A stretch of 64,000 nucleotides of DNA, from the sequence record LC597490.1. The stretch is one strand, 5' to 3'. Below, one piece after another: positions 1-10,039 of the stretch (positions are counted from its first letter, which is position 1; the number at the start of each line of letters is the position of its first letter). The position numbers were made by a program, and so were the translations under genes. The notes under the pieces were generated by a model. That model saw only the letters and a list, made by a program, of their open reading frames with translations, made no database searches and was not told the origin of the DNA.

Positions 1-877
1 ATGCATCTAAAGCATTACCTTGTGAACCTAGTACACTAATGTTGTGTCTCTCTGGTACTACGATACCGCCGTCCATCGGCATGGAATTAATTTCCTCACG
101 GATGTTTTCAATCTCTGTATCATCAGCTTCCCAACCTGGTTTATCTAAACCTACTTGATAGATATATAGAGGGAATAAGTTACGGTGAACTAAACGAGCT
201 ACGTTCTCTTCAATTTGACGAAGCATCTTAACATCGTCTAATACGTTGAAGATAAGAGGAACACCATATGCACGTCCTGTTGGTTTATTATATGCAAAGT
301 GAATCACATCTTCTGGCTTGAATGTAATACCGTCTCCACCAGTAGTAGATTGTTCATAACCTACAATCTTACCTTGCTCATCACGAGATACTTTAATTGT
401 TGTTGGAGGTAAAATGAAATAACCAGCTACAGGTTGTTTAGCCGTATAACCTACAGCCTTCACACCAGTTGCTCCGCCCATTGAACCTTTTTGTCTTGCC
501 TTAACTACGTAAGCATTACCAAATAAAATTAAGTCGTAACCGATTTGATTGAATAAACGCTCTAACGGTTGTTGTGTTGCTTCTTCCATTAGCTTTAAAC
601 GAGTCCATACATATTCACTAGCTGCTTCATTCTTACCAGAGATATCCCATCCTTGTTTAAACATTAAACTATTATATTTGTTTATAGCACGTTTAATATA
701 AGAATCGGTTTGGTAAGCACGAAAGATTTCTTCTAAATCGACTGGGTTATCTTCAAAGTCAGAACCACCAGCACCTTTAATAGCTTGACCTACTTTTTTT
801 ACTGCGACCTTTTTGGGGTCACGAGGAGTCGCCTCCTTTGTTTTAAAGAAACGACTCATTGTTGACCACAACTTCAT
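1..877 (-). CDS. Phage portal protein (partial, runs off the left edge)
   Basis: Not in the ORF track; hand-translated from ATG 877 (GGAGG upstream), open to position 1: MKLWSTMSRFF...LILFGNAYVVK...FKPEDVIHFAYNKPTGRAYGVPLIFNVLDDVK. Portal-like GNAY and DVIHF..YGVP motifs, downstream of terminase. Confidence 0.85.
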   Translation of the reverse strand, partial: MKLWSTMSRFFKTKEATPRDPKKVAVKKVGQAIKGAGGSDFEDNPVDLEEIFRAYQTDSYIKRAINKYNSLMFKQGWDISGKNEAASEYVWTRLKLMEEATQQPLERLFNQIGYDLILFGNAYVVKARQKGSMGGATGVKAVGYTAKQPVAGYFILPPTTIKVSRDEQGKIVGYEQSTTGGDGITFKPEDVIHFAYNKPTGRAYGVPLIFNVLDDVKMLRQIEENVARLVHRNLFPLYIYQVGLDKPGWEADDTEIENIREEINSMPMDGGIVVPERHNISVLGSQGNALDA

Positions 878-895
878 AGATGTTTACCTCCCTTC

Positions 896-1771
896 TTAGA
901 TAATTACACGGATTTCTTTTTCTTGAGATGATAGTTGTACATATACTGCACCTGTTGAACTTGGAGGTAATACCTTTTCTTCTGAGTATCCACCGAAGTA
1001 AGATAAGAAGCTACCGCCTACTACATACGTACGTTGATGACGGACTAACTTATCTTCATCATCTTCGATTAACCATACTTCATCACGATGCCATTGCTTA
1101 CCATGTGTATGACCTCTTACGTACAAGTCTGCTAATGGTACAACCTTGTTTAGTTTTTCTGCACTATTTGCTTTAGCACCAGTTGTAGAACCACCGCCTA
1201 CACCATGATGGAAAGCTACTTTGTAAATGATCTCTCCTACTTTTAATCGGAAGTATCCTTGATATCCGAAATACGGAACTCCTAAACGGTCCGCTAAAAT
1301 CTGCATAGGATTCATACCAATCATGTGAGCTACACGTTGCTCATGATTACCTGGCCCCATTCCCAGGATTTTACCTGCTTCAGCAAGTGGACTTAACATT
1401 TCATATAGTGTTTCTAATTGCTCAGGAATGTTTTTATCTTCTTCGAACATTGCCATACCAACTGATGTTTTGGTAGCAATCTCTGCTAAGTCACCGTTAA
1501 GGATTGTTACACAGTTAGGAATCTCCATAATTAAATCTAAGAACTCCTGGAAGTGTACGATGTTTGCTTGTCGGTTTCCTAGATGCACATCTGTAATAGG
1601 AATAATCACCAATCCATCTTTTTCAAATAATTCCCCCACGAACTCATAAGATAAAATACGTTTTCCATCTTCTCGCTTATTACGTTGGATGCGATAGAAT
1701 TTTTCGATTGGAGATTCTTCTCCTAATTGACTTCGTAATGCTTCTGCTCTACTTTTGTAGTCCTCCATCAT
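896..1771 (-). CDS. Calcineurin-like metallophosphoesterase
   Basis: All five motifs in order: DVHLG, NGDLAE, GNHE, FHHG, GHTH. Confidence 0.92.
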   Translation of the reverse strand: MMEDYKSRAEALRSQLGEESPIEKFYRIQRNKREDGKRILSYEFVGELFEKDGLVIIPITDVHLGNRQANIVHFQEFLDLIMEIPNCVTILNGDLAEIATKTSVGMAMFEEDKNIPEQLETLYEMLSPLAEAGKILGMGPGNHEQRVAHMIGMNPMQILADRLGVPYFGYQGYFRLKVGEIIYKVAFHHGVGGGSTTGAKANSAEKLNKVVPLADLYVRGHTHGKQWHRDEVWLIEDDEDKLVRHQRTYVVGGSFLSYFGGYSEEKVLPPSSTGAVYVQLSSQEKEIRVII

Positions 1772-3159
1772 TATTCCCCTCTCTTCTCAGTAGCTGATGC
1801 AACCGCATCAATCCATTCATCTCTATGGTCTTCTTTTACAGGATTCTGTTCCAATGCTCCTGACATGTTCTCAACGATAGTATATAGGCGACGCACACTT
1901 TCTTTATCCGTCACAGCTCGCATATGTCTATGTCGATAATTAGCTTCATAATCCGTCATCTTAAAATAATCCATGGACTGTTGTTGATAAGCTTCCTCCA
2001 TTGCATACACACCTTCAGTAAGGTAGTTAAACATCCACTCCTCTGTACTTCCTTGTTCCGTAGGAGCAGCTTCATTCATTTGCTCATGGAGAGAACGAAA
2101 TACTTCATTGCGTAAGTAGATATCATCAAGCAATCCATCTTGCACTTTCAAACGATTATCACGATTACTAATTGTCCGAAGATTACTCGTGAACATTTCA
2201 ACTTCTTCTTTGCGCTTGTCATATCCAAGTCTTAGTCCCATCAGGACATGTTCGGGCTTTAGAGTTTTACTCTTCTCGAACATAGAAAGTAAGTTGCGAA
2301 TAACTTTGCTGTCTTCTCCCTCTTTTGGTACGAATCCTACGCATTCTTCTAAGTAGTCAATATGATAGGACAAGTTACCAAGCTTACGTTTGCATAGCGC
2401 ACCGATCTCTGTCTTAGTAACTAATCTTGTCTCTATCTCTTTCTTTTTCTTTTCTGCTTCTTTCGTTTCTTTTGCTTTCACCTGCTGTTCCAATGAACCA
2501 TAGTCCGTCATCACGAGCTTGTCATTTTCATACTGAACACTTTCAAATTCTTTTGCACGTAGTACGTATTCATCAGAAATCTTTTTCTCTAGTTCAGCAA
2601 GTGTTTCCACCACTTCATCCTGCTCTGATTTGTTTGGCGTCTTCCAATCCATCAGTGGACGAATTAACCCATCTTCGATAAACGACTTTGTATCTTTCAC
2701 ATCATCTTGAATAGCTAACACATCTCTGTAAAGTTCGCCCTCCATTAGACCATCTATCTCACCGAAATGTGATTCTACCTCTTTAATTATTAAGCTATTC
2801 TCATGTGTAGTCGGCTCCATCAGAGCGTTTTTATAATCATCAATTGTAAGGGTGTCTTTTCCTGTGAGGTCATGTAATGTTTGATTATCTACAGGAATGA
2901 TTGTGGGTTTTAGTTTTTCGTGGAATACATCTATTACTTTATCAACCTTGTCTTCTATCTTAATAATCTCTTCCCATATATCAGGGATGATGACCTCAGT
3001 AACTTCATCTATTACTGTTTCAGGTTGTAAATCTTCGATGATTGGAGATGTTACTTTTGATTCTCCGAATATTTCTTTTAACTCTGGACGGTATGTTAAT
3101 ACCCATCTTTCATATGGCGTATCAATACCAGGACCATTAACTCTATTTTCTTCCGTCAT
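1771..3159 (-). CDS. Hypothetical acidic, helical protein in the head module
   Basis: 462 aa from ATG 3159 (AAGGAGG 6 nt upstream); coupled to the phosphoesterase gene; no motif recognised. Confidence 0.8.
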   Translation of the reverse strand: MTEENRVNGPGIDTPYERWVLTYRPELKEIFGESKVTSPIIEDLQPETVIDEVTEVIIPDIWEEIIKIEDKVDKVIDVFHEKLKPTIIPVDNQTLHDLTGKDTLTIDDYKNALMEPTTHENSLIIKEVESHFGEIDGLMEGELYRDVLAIQDDVKDTKSFIEDGLIRPLMDWKTPNKSEQDEVVETLAELEKKISDEYVLRAKEFESVQYENDKLVMTDYGSLEQQVKAKETKEAEKKKKEIETRLVTKTEIGALCKRKLGNLSYHIDYLEECVGFVPKEGEDSKVIRNLLSMFEKSKTLKPEHVLMGLRLGYDKRKEEVEMFTSNLRTISNRDNRLKVQDGLLDDIYLRNEVFRSLHEQMNEAAPTEQGSTEEWMFNYLTEGVYAMEEAYQQQSMDYFKMTDYEANYRHRHMRAVTDKESVRRLYTIVENMSGALEQNPVKEDHRDEWIDAVASATEKRGE

Positions 3160-3180
3160 AAACATCCTCCTTTATTCATA

Positions 3181-3234
3181 AAAAGAGGCAAGACATATAA
3201 GCAATGGGGGAGGAGGGTGCCCATATGTCTTGCC
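3181..3234 (-). terminator. Candidate intrinsic terminator after the terminase gene
   Basis: 12-bp inverted repeat GGCAAGACATAT/ATATGTCTTGCC (3187-3198, 3223-3234) followed by a T-run on the minus strand; the 24-nt loop is unusually long. Confidence 0.5.
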
Positions 3235-3311
3235 CAAGAAGGGAGAGGGAGGAAAACAAGAGGTGCTAGGCAAGACCTAGCTATATAGTAAACAGGTTTC
3301 CCTGAATTACC

Positions 3312-6236
3312 CTAGAATTTTCGTCGAGTGAACTCACGAGTAGTCCCTCTACTTCCCCAAGAGAAGGAGCTTCCTCTTCGTCTCGAACCAGTGGGCACTT
3401 TTTTAAGTGGTGGTGAGCCAGGCTCATCCCATTCCACATCGTCAGTATTACGGAAAGATTTCAACTGAGCGAGTGGGTCAATGAACTTCATGTTAGCAGA
3501 ACCAAATGTAGTTGCTCCTTTTACAGAATCTACAGTCTGTGCAATGTTTGGCATCTCTATAATGAAAGCAAGTAGAGATAACATAAATGCATCCAGAGCA
3601 TGTTCATCTTTATTGGAGTAAGTTGGCTCCCCTGTTTTTGCTGATATGCTTACCACTTGATAGTTAACCATTTGACGATAAATTGTTTCGTCCATTTCCT
3701 GAGTTGGAATACGAAGCATACCACGCTCTAATAGCATAACAGTTTGGTTAACCATGAACGGTTTGATTGGCTTCTTATCGAACTCACGAGAATGTGGGTC
3801 ACGAACCATATGTGAACTTCCCAAGTGGACACCTTTAACTTTATCGCCTAGTGCTTTACGAAGCATCTCGATTTGGTATTCCCCTGCACCTCTATCTGGA
3901 TAGATAAATGCTGGATTGTAAATACGATCAAGCTCGATAATCTTCTGTACGGCGTTATCGTAAGTGAACTCACTCTTTGGAATTTCAATACGGTTAATAA
4001 CTTTAAATCGCCCTTCTCCAACTTGTCCATCCCGTCTGGATTCGAATGGGTCCCATTGCGTAACTACAATCTGAGTTGCAGCTCCGAACTTATCCCAGTC
4101 AATACCGATAGTAATTGGACTGTCGTAGATTGGACGGCTAAGGAGATGATAACCACTAGATGTGGCTTCGTCAACATAATCTTTGTTAAATACCCCAGCC
4201 ATTTCAGTACCGAACTCTGCAAGTACCTCATGCTCATATGCCATTTCAGAATATAGGGCTTTTAACTCTTGTTCCATACCTTCATCCCACTCTGGGTTGA
4301 CCATCGTTGGGAAGTGGAATTCTTGCCATCCTTTAACCGTTGTACGGTCATATGGTCTTGTATCGAAGATAGCTTTCTCCTTGTCTATCAAAGGCACATC
4401 CTGAGATATCTTCATGTTCGGGTTCTTACAGATGTTGTAGAATGTACCACGACGACCAGTAGGTGTAGATGCACACATAATACCGATACGTTGCGGAGCC
4501 TCTAATGTAATGGCGTAAATTGCCTCGAAGTCTTTATCACTGAGGTAATCCACCTCATCCATGTACAACCAAGATGCTTTCTGTCCACGCATACTACCAC
4601 CCTCAGAACCAGAGCGAGTACCAGCTGTGTATAATTTAATACGGGATTTGTTTTTTAATACAATCTCATATGGGGAACGACGAATGCTTTCCACACTGTC
4701 TTTTAATACGGGGTTACTATTGATGAAGTTGTTTAACTGGTCAAATATCTCACGAGCCTGTGTGTCATATGGCGTCGCAACTAGACATGTTGCACCTTTC
4801 TTCAGTTCTGTACCGCCATTACAAGTAAAGGCTACCCATAACATATGAGCTGTCATTGTCCATGTATTATGAACATATACATCTTCTACTACTAAGTTAT
4901 GAGTCTCTGGAACTGAGATATCGTAAGTTTGTTGCTCACCTTGCGATTCGATTGAGTCAACTTCTTCCCAGATAACATCACTGTGTGCTAAGTCCCATAA
5001 GTAGTGGTCTTGTAAATTGTTTGCATACAACTTCATTTTGTTACGGCTAGGTCCAATCTGTGTACGAACACGAGCACCTTGACCAACAACATCTTTTTTC
5101 TTCAGACCTTTTTCTTTACGAGTTTCTTCCATATAAGACCATACTTCTTTAGGAATTGTATGTTCCATTGTATCTAAGTCAGCTAAATGCTTCATCAGAT
5201 TCATTGCTTCTTCCTTGCGGTGATTCATACCAATCTCTTTCATGAACATTAACATGTCATCACGGCGAAGCATTAATAAGTGATATGAAACATATTCAAC
5301 GCCACTGATTGTTTGTTTCTTCTCAATGAATCGTGACCATACACCTAAACGTAATAGTAAGTGACCGATGTCTCTCATTAATTGTTTGCTTACGTTACTT
5401 ACACCGATTTCACATCTCTTACCTGCATGAATCCATCCACTTACACTGAAGAATGTTTTAAGGAATAAACGTAGTTGTTCTTTTTCTAATTGGAAAATGA
5501 TTTGAGGAAGACCTTCTTTTTCAAATACACCATATGATTCGAATAGGTCTAATAGAGGATTGCCTTCTGCATCTGCACCTTTTACAACATGAGTTGTTTC
5601 TTTAGAAAGGATACGAGCTGCTTTACAGCCGACTTTCGTCATTGTTTGTTGGAAGTCATAAGCAACATCAGCGAATTTACACGAGAATGTTACATAGTCT
5701 TCATTGATGTTACCGCCAGCATACATATAAGCTAATGCTTTGATATGTGATTCTGGAAGAACTTCATTTCCGAAGAATGGTAGACTCATAGGTGTTGCAA
5801 TACGCATACCTGGTCTAACTAAATCTACTTCTCTCCAGCCATCTACTGTTAAGACTGGATGATTACCTGTAAGTACTACTTCATGGCCTTGTTTTGTTTT
5901 TACCTTGAAGACTTCTTTTACGCCATTGTCTGACACATGAATACCAGTACCTTTAACTCCTTTGTACTTCTCATCTAGTGTAACTACCGAAAACGGTTGT
6001 TGTGATTCAAACAACTCTTGGACTGTTAAGTATGACCCAGTATCTGGATTTAAGACACGCTGATCGCCAGCTATACATTTTCCTACACGTCGTCCACAAC
6101 GCAATACTTTACGGTGATGTGGATGACGAAGGATTTGTGCCTGATACCAGCGAGGGGCTTCACCTAAATGGTGAGCCACCCACTTTACAGGGTCATGAAA
6201 GATTTCAAACATTTCTCTATCATGACGTGTAAACAT
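3312..6236 (-). CDS. terL: Terminase large subunit (intein-containing precursor)
   Basis: Walker A GRRVGK/T split by an intein; Walker B LYMDEVD; ASTP coupling motif; nuclease motifs IGIDW and DEHALDA. Confidence 0.95.
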   Translation of the reverse strand: MFTRHDREMFEIFHDPVKWVAHHLGEAPRWYQAQILRHPHHRKVLRCGRRVGKCIAGDQRVLNPDTGSYLTVQELFESQQPFSVVTLDEKYKGVKGTGIHVSDNGVKEVFKVKTKQGHEVVLTGNHPVLTVDGWREVDLVRPGMRIATPMSLPFFGNEVLPESHIKALAYMYAGGNINEDYVTFSCKFADVAYDFQQTMTKVGCKAARILSKETTHVVKGADAEGNPLLDLFESYGVFEKEGLPQIIFQLEKEQLRLFLKTFFSVSGWIHAGKRCEIGVSNVSKQLMRDIGHLLLRLGVWSRFIEKKQTISGVEYVSYHLLMLRRDDMLMFMKEIGMNHRKEEAMNLMKHLADLDTMEHTIPKEVWSYMEETRKEKGLKKKDVVGQGARVRTQIGPSRNKMKLYANNLQDHYLWDLAHSDVIWEEVDSIESQGEQQTYDISVPETHNLVVEDVYVHNTWTMTAHMLWVAFTCNGGTELKKGATCLVATPYDTQAREIFDQLNNFINSNPVLKDSVESIRRSPYEIVLKNKSRIKLYTAGTRSGSEGGSMRGQKASWLYMDEVDYLSDKDFEAIYAITLEAPQRIGIMCASTPTGRRGTFYNICKNPNMKISQDVPLIDKEKAIFDTRPYDRTTVKGWQEFHFPTMVNPEWDEGMEQELKALYSEMAYEHEVLAEFGTEMAGVFNKDYVDEATSSGYHLLSRPIYDSPITIGIDWDKFGAATQIVVTQWDPFESRRDGQVGEGRFKVINRIEIPKSEFTYDNAVQKIIELDRIYNPAFIYPDRGAGEYQIEMLRKALGDKVKGVHLGSSHMVRDPHSREFDKKPIKPFMVNQTVMLLERGMLRIPTQEMDETIYRQMVNYQVVSISAKTGEPTYSNKDEHALDAFMLSLLAFIIEMPNIAQTVDSVKGATTFGSANMKFIDPLAQLKSFRNTDDVEWDEPGSPPLKKVPTGSRRRGSSFSWGSRGTTREFTRRKF
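4866..6077 (-). mobile_element. 404-aa intein with a LAGLIDADG-type endonuclease domain
   Basis: Starts CIAGDQRV after GK and ends TYDISVPETHNLVVEDVYVHN with Thr as +1; block B TGNHPVLT; removal restores GRRVGKT. Confidence 0.95.
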
Positions 6237-6749
6237 TTAAAGCACTCCTTGTCCTCGATGTGAATTCTGATTAAGAAGCCTAGCTTCTCCGCCTAGAATA
6301 CTTCGAGCATTTATTTTACTTCCGTTAATTGCTTCCACAGATGCTTGTCTCATAGTAGCGGCACGTTGGGTATCCATGTAATCGCCACCGACAGTTCCTC
6401 TATAGAAGTTCTTCTTATACTCACCTTCACGTCTACGCTTCCATTCATGACCTGCAATAACCATATCAGGAATGGTTGTAGCCGCTAAATGAGCTGTCAT
6501 TATACCAGGTGCAAAGTTCCATAGTGCAGTTTCCGCACCAGCCTTTACTAGACCTGTACCTAAATCATCTCCACCAGATACGTTCATCGCTGTACTTACA
6601 CCCATCCAAGCTAATGAACCACCTAGTCGAGGAGTCATTTTGTTGTTTGCTGATGGGGCATTGCTTACAAGCTGTCGCTTTGTCATAGCTTCTAACCCCG
6701 TCATATTTCCACCGCTAAAACCTTTAGCAAGGAATTTACCTAAACTCAT
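6237..6749 (-). CDS. Gly/Ala-rich hypothetical protein, possibly virion-internal
   Basis: 170 aa in the operon upstream of terL; stop codon abuts the terL ATG. Confidence 0.75.
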   Translation of the reverse strand: MSLGKFLAKGFSGGNMTGLEAMTKRQLVSNAPSANNKMTPRLGGSLAWMGVSTAMNVSGGDDLGTGLVKAGAETALWNFAPGIMTAHLAATTIPDMVIAGHEWKRRREGEYKKNFYRGTVGGDYMDTQRAATMRQASVEAINGSKINARSILGGEARLLNQNSHRGQGVL

Positions 6750-6754
6750 TTACA

Positions 6755-7204
6755 TCACCCTCTTCTTTGTTTAGATAATGCAAGTGTTAAATCACCTGAA
6801 GCTCCGAGTGTTGGAGCCTTACTGTTTCCTACTTGGTCATAAGTTGTAGCAGGTGCTTGACCAACGTAAGTCATATCATTTTGAGACTTGTCTATCATGT
6901 TAGAACGAATACCATAGTCAGCAAAACCATATGCAGTTGCAATCCCAGCAGCCGTAGCTGTAGCCGCAGCACTAGGTTTGTATCCAGTATACAAGTTCGT
7001 CCAGTTCTCGTCTGTCTTTGTTAATGCATTACGAGCAACGAACTTACCAGATTTTTTTGCACCACTAATTGTGGAATCCAACATCACGTCTTCTGTTTTA
7101 TGAACAGCTTTACGCAAGCTTTCATTTCTAGCTGTCTTAACGAATTTGGATACATTAGAAGATGCTGTACTTGTTGCATTCTTTAAGAACTTCGCAACTC
7201 CCAT
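6755..7204 (-). CDS. Ala/Thr-rich hypothetical protein, possibly virion-internal
   Basis: 149 aa, hydrophobic stretch AAATATAAGIATAYGF; SD present. Confidence 0.75.
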   Translation of the reverse strand: MGVAKFLKNATSTASSNVSKFVKTARNESLRKAVHKTEDVMLDSTISGAKKSGKFVARNALTKTDENWTNLYTGYKPSAAATATAAGIATAYGFADYGIRSNMIDKSQNDMTYVGQAPATTYDQVGNSKAPTLGASGDLTLALSKQRRG

Positions 7205-7217
7205 TTAAAAGACCTCC

Positions 7218-7886
7218 TTATGATGTTGGAATTTTGTATCCACCTTGTAACATTGTTCGTGCAATACCAGCTTGCTGTTGGTTATTTAATAAGGAAAGAA
7301 CTTGTTTACTTACGGCTTTATCTCCGCTTAACGCTTGTTGCATCTTCTTAGCTTCTTTATAAATACCATTCTTACCTAGTGGGTTAATAGATGTTGCACC
7401 GACAGAACGCATACCCATACGGTAAGCTCCCCATCCAGCAGCACCATTAAATGCACCAGATTTCGCACCATCCCAGAAGTCTCCACCTTGAAGGGCACTT
7501 GATGTACCACCGACAACCCCACCAGTAGCAGCACCATGTAATGCATCTCTACCTAGTGCGCCCCAGAAAGTACGCCCTTCTTTCTCAAGCATCATGTCTC
7601 TAGTGTTACTAGCAGTTTGCCACAATGCATTAGGTGACTTATCAGAACGAACACTACCGCTTGGTAAGATAGCATCTTTAAATGCTTTGCTGTAGTGAGC
7701 ACCCTTCTTACCAGGATTCATATAATCAACTGGTCCTCGTCCACTTTGTTTAAGGCTTCCACTAATACCTTTAAACTGCTTAACGCTGTCGGCATTTACA
7801 CCAAGTTGTTCGAATGCACCCATTTGTTTTGGGTTGATTTTCTTAACGACATTCTCCATGCCTTGTACGATATTCTTTACAGCCAC
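7218..7886 (-). CDS. Glycine-zipper hypothetical protein, possibly virion-internal
   Basis: 222 aa with GAATGGVVGG and GAFNGAAGWG repeats. Confidence 0.75.
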   Translation of the reverse strand: MAVKNIVQGMENVVKKINPKQMGAFEQLGVNADSVKQFKGISGSLKQSGRGPVDYMNPGKKGAHYSKAFKDAILPSGSVRSDKSPNALWQTASNTRDMMLEKEGRTFWGALGRDALHGAATGGVVGGTSSALQGGDFWDGAKSGAFNGAAGWGAYRMGMRSVGATSINPLGKNGIYKEAKKMQQALSGDKAVSKQVLSLLNNQQQAGIARTMLQGGYKIPTS

Positions 7887-7898
7887 TTATACCACTCC

Positions 7899-8981
7899 TT
7901 ACTTAAATTTGGCGTTTCCAATCTTGGTATGTCCTAGTCTTTCATTAAACATATCAAGAGGTATCTGCCCCCAGTTGGTATATCCGTAAGCCATGGTACT
8001 TTGGAAGTCCCTCTCTTCCTTTTGCTTTCGCTTCTGGTTCTTTTCCTGCTGATTTTTCATCTTGGATACTTCAACATCTTGTTGCAAGCTCTTACTCATA
8101 TCCATGATTGCAGTTAAACCAATTAAACCAAAGCCAGCAATACCAGCTGCTTTTGTGTTACGGATTTGGCTCTTGAGTTTTCCCTCATTTTTAATTCTTG
8201 TTGGTTCTGTACGTGCATTCATTTTTGCTTCTTCTTTTACGACATCACCAACACTTACCCCCTTATTTTGCTTATCTCCTTTCGGAGAAGCTGTAGATTC
8301 TATATCTGCATTACTTTGTGTTCCGTGAGTTAAGTCTTTTGGATTTGTAGTATTGTCGCTAGAAGCATTCTGTACTTCTTTAGTAGTCGTACTGACTTTC
8401 TCATCAGTTTTTCCATCTAAAGCATTCAGCTTTTTTTCCTTCTCCCTATACTCATCGAAGGTAATATGTCTTTCATCATCAAACCAGAAAGCTCCATCTT
8501 TAAATTCGATCTTTTTGTTTTTATCAACAGAACGATTTCCTTGGTAGTCTGCATAAACATAATTACCATTCATATCTAGGTCTACTCTATACTTCGGTGA
8601 GTACTTCGACCCATGCCTATCTGCATTGTGGTCTTTAATATTATTTAGTTTCTTCTCATAATCCTGAAAGACATTATCTAGTTCGGATAAGTGCTCTTGA
8701 TTCAAGTAACCATTATCTGCGAGATTCTTAAACTCTTTCATGATAGAGTTTGTATCTGGGCCATTTGCATGTTTGAAATTAACATATCTTTCATATATCT
8801 TCCCAAACTCTTGTTTCTCCAAATCTGTACCCATGTAATGTCCAACTAAATACTTCACAATGTTAGGGTCTTTTGTATTCTGTATCCATTGCATATCATA
8901 CCCTCGGATATTAAAAGGAGAATTTCCTCTATTGGCTTTGTTTCGGGAGTTGTTTATTTTATCGAATAACTCCTCATCCAT
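7899..8981 (-). CDS. Hypothetical protein with a C-terminal hydrophobic segment
   Basis: 360 aa; AAGIAGFGLIGLTAIM near the C-terminus. Confidence 0.75.
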   Translation of the reverse strand: MDEELFDKINNSRNKANRGNSPFNIRGYDMQWIQNTKDPNIVKYLVGHYMGTDLEKQEFGKIYERYVNFKHANGPDTNSIMKEFKNLADNGYLNQEHLSELDNVFQDYEKKLNNIKDHNADRHGSKYSPKYRVDLDMNGNYVYADYQGNRSVDKNKKIEFKDGAFWFDDERHITFDEYREKEKKLNALDGKTDEKVSTTTKEVQNASSDNTTNPKDLTHGTQSNADIESTASPKGDKQNKGVSVGDVVKEEAKMNARTEPTRIKNEGKLKSQIRNTKAAGIAGFGLIGLTAIMDMSKSLQQDVEVSKMKNQQEKNQKRKQKEERDFQSTMAYGYTNWGQIPLDMFNERLGHTKIGNAKFK

Positions 8982-8984
8982 GGA

Positions 8985-9686
8985 TTAGTCCTCCTCTGAA
9001 TACGGAACATCAAGTACAGGTGAAGTCATCTTACCAGAAGCCATAGCCTCCATAAGTCGAGAAGCATACGTACTTGGGTCAAGCTGAACGCTAAGTTTGT
9101 CTCCTGCTTTATCTTTACGAGTTGAGTTCATAAGCTCAAGAATCTTATGTCGTTTCGTCATAACTTTCTCTTTATACTCAGAAGCTTTAGAGATTTGTGG
9201 ATTGGTAATCTCATCTCCACGTTCGTTAACGGCAACGACAACATCTTGAATGAAGTCACCTTCTATAGCTAGACGATTCTCTGCACGGAATTGTTGAATG
9301 TCTAAGTCGATTAAATCTTTTGTAAGACCCATATCAACTACATTTGTTTCATCTATACCAAACTCTTCAGAGTAATCTTCAAACTTTTTCAAGATAAGAG
9401 CAATCTCTAATGAACAGCGTTCTCCATCAGGAGCATCACCAGTTTCAATAAGCGGACAAACTTGTGCGTATGGACATGCTTCCCCACGACATAACATAGG
9501 AATAGATGAGTACATACCATGTTTCGCTTCATTAGAACTTACAGTTTGACGTAAAGCTTTCATTCCTTTTTCAGAAACCTTCCAAGCTTTTGGTAAGTTA
9601 ACAGCTATCATCTTTTCTGTTTTTGGTGATAATTGGACATCCGTACGTGACAGTTCCTTTAGTAGTTCTTGTCTACTTTCCTCCAT
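8985..9686 (-). CDS. Cys-cluster protein, candidate terminase small subunit
   Basis: First gene of the packaging operon; LCRGEACPYAQVCP...RCSLE then helical segments. The ORF is solid; the function is inferred from position only. Confidence 0.5.
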   Translation of the reverse strand: MEESRQELLKELSRTDVQLSPKTEKMIAVNLPKAWKVSEKGMKALRQTVSSNEAKHGMYSSIPMLCRGEACPYAQVCPLIETGDAPDGERCSLEIALILKKFEDYSEEFGIDETNVVDMGLTKDLIDLDIQQFRAENRLAIEGDFIQDVVVAVNERGDEITNPQISKASEYKEKVMTKRHKILELMNSTRKDKAGDKLSVQLDPSTYASRLMEAMASGKMTSPVLDVPYSEED

Positions 9687-9769
9687 TTTTTCTCCCCCTT
9701 TTTGTTTATTTATTGGTCAGGCTTATTTCGAACGTAACCTTTACTTTTAAAATTATCAATATTTTTTTA

Positions 9770-9799
9770 TTGACATTTGGAAATTATCTATCATATAAA
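9770..9799 (+). promoter_or_regulatory. Candidate sigma-A promoter pointing into the sRNA cluster
   Basis: TTGACA (9770)-N18-TATAAA (9794) with AT-rich upstream sequence. Confidence 0.45.
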
Positions 9800-9857
9800 A
9801 GGTACTTCACGGCGGGTGCCCCTACCATTGTTCCTACATCGTGTACCTTTTCTACAT

Positions 9858-9888
9858 GAAAAAGGAGACCTCCGTCATAGAAGTCTCC
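9858..9888. terminator. Hairpin GGAGAC/GTCTCC flanked by A-runs
   Basis: Stem 9864-9869/9883-9888; reads as a terminator on the minus strand. Confidence 0.6.
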
Positions 9889-9895
9889 AGATAAA

Positions 9896-10005
9896 AAGAA
9901 AAAGAACCTTGTTTGCCGTCAAGGTCCTTGTCCCTACAAAATTAGCGAATTAGTTTGTGAAATAAACCCCATTAATAAGAAAGAAGGTTATTGGTAGTAA
10001 CCTCA
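9896..10005 (-). ncRNA. Predicted ~110-nt small RNA (sRNA-B)
   Basis: Own promoter TTTACA (10039-10034)-N17-TATATT (10016-10011) with TG extension; terminator stem 9905-9928 plus U-tract; no ORF. Confidence 0.6.
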
Positions 10006-10010
10006 CCTAT

Positions 10011-10039
10011 AATATAGCATAGCCCTATATCTATGTAAA
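10011..10039 (-). promoter_or_regulatory. Sigma-A-type promoter of sRNA-B
   Basis: TTTACA-N17-TATATT with extended -10 TG. Confidence 0.65.

Noticed and set aside
3312-6236. Superfamily-2 helicase reading of the DEVD motif
   Set aside because: The ASTP motif, RNase H-like nuclease motifs and position upstream of a portal identify a terminase.
928-9859. Short plus-strand ORFs opposite the packaging genes
   Set aside because: Fully antisense to long motif-bearing ORFs, with no SD or motifs.
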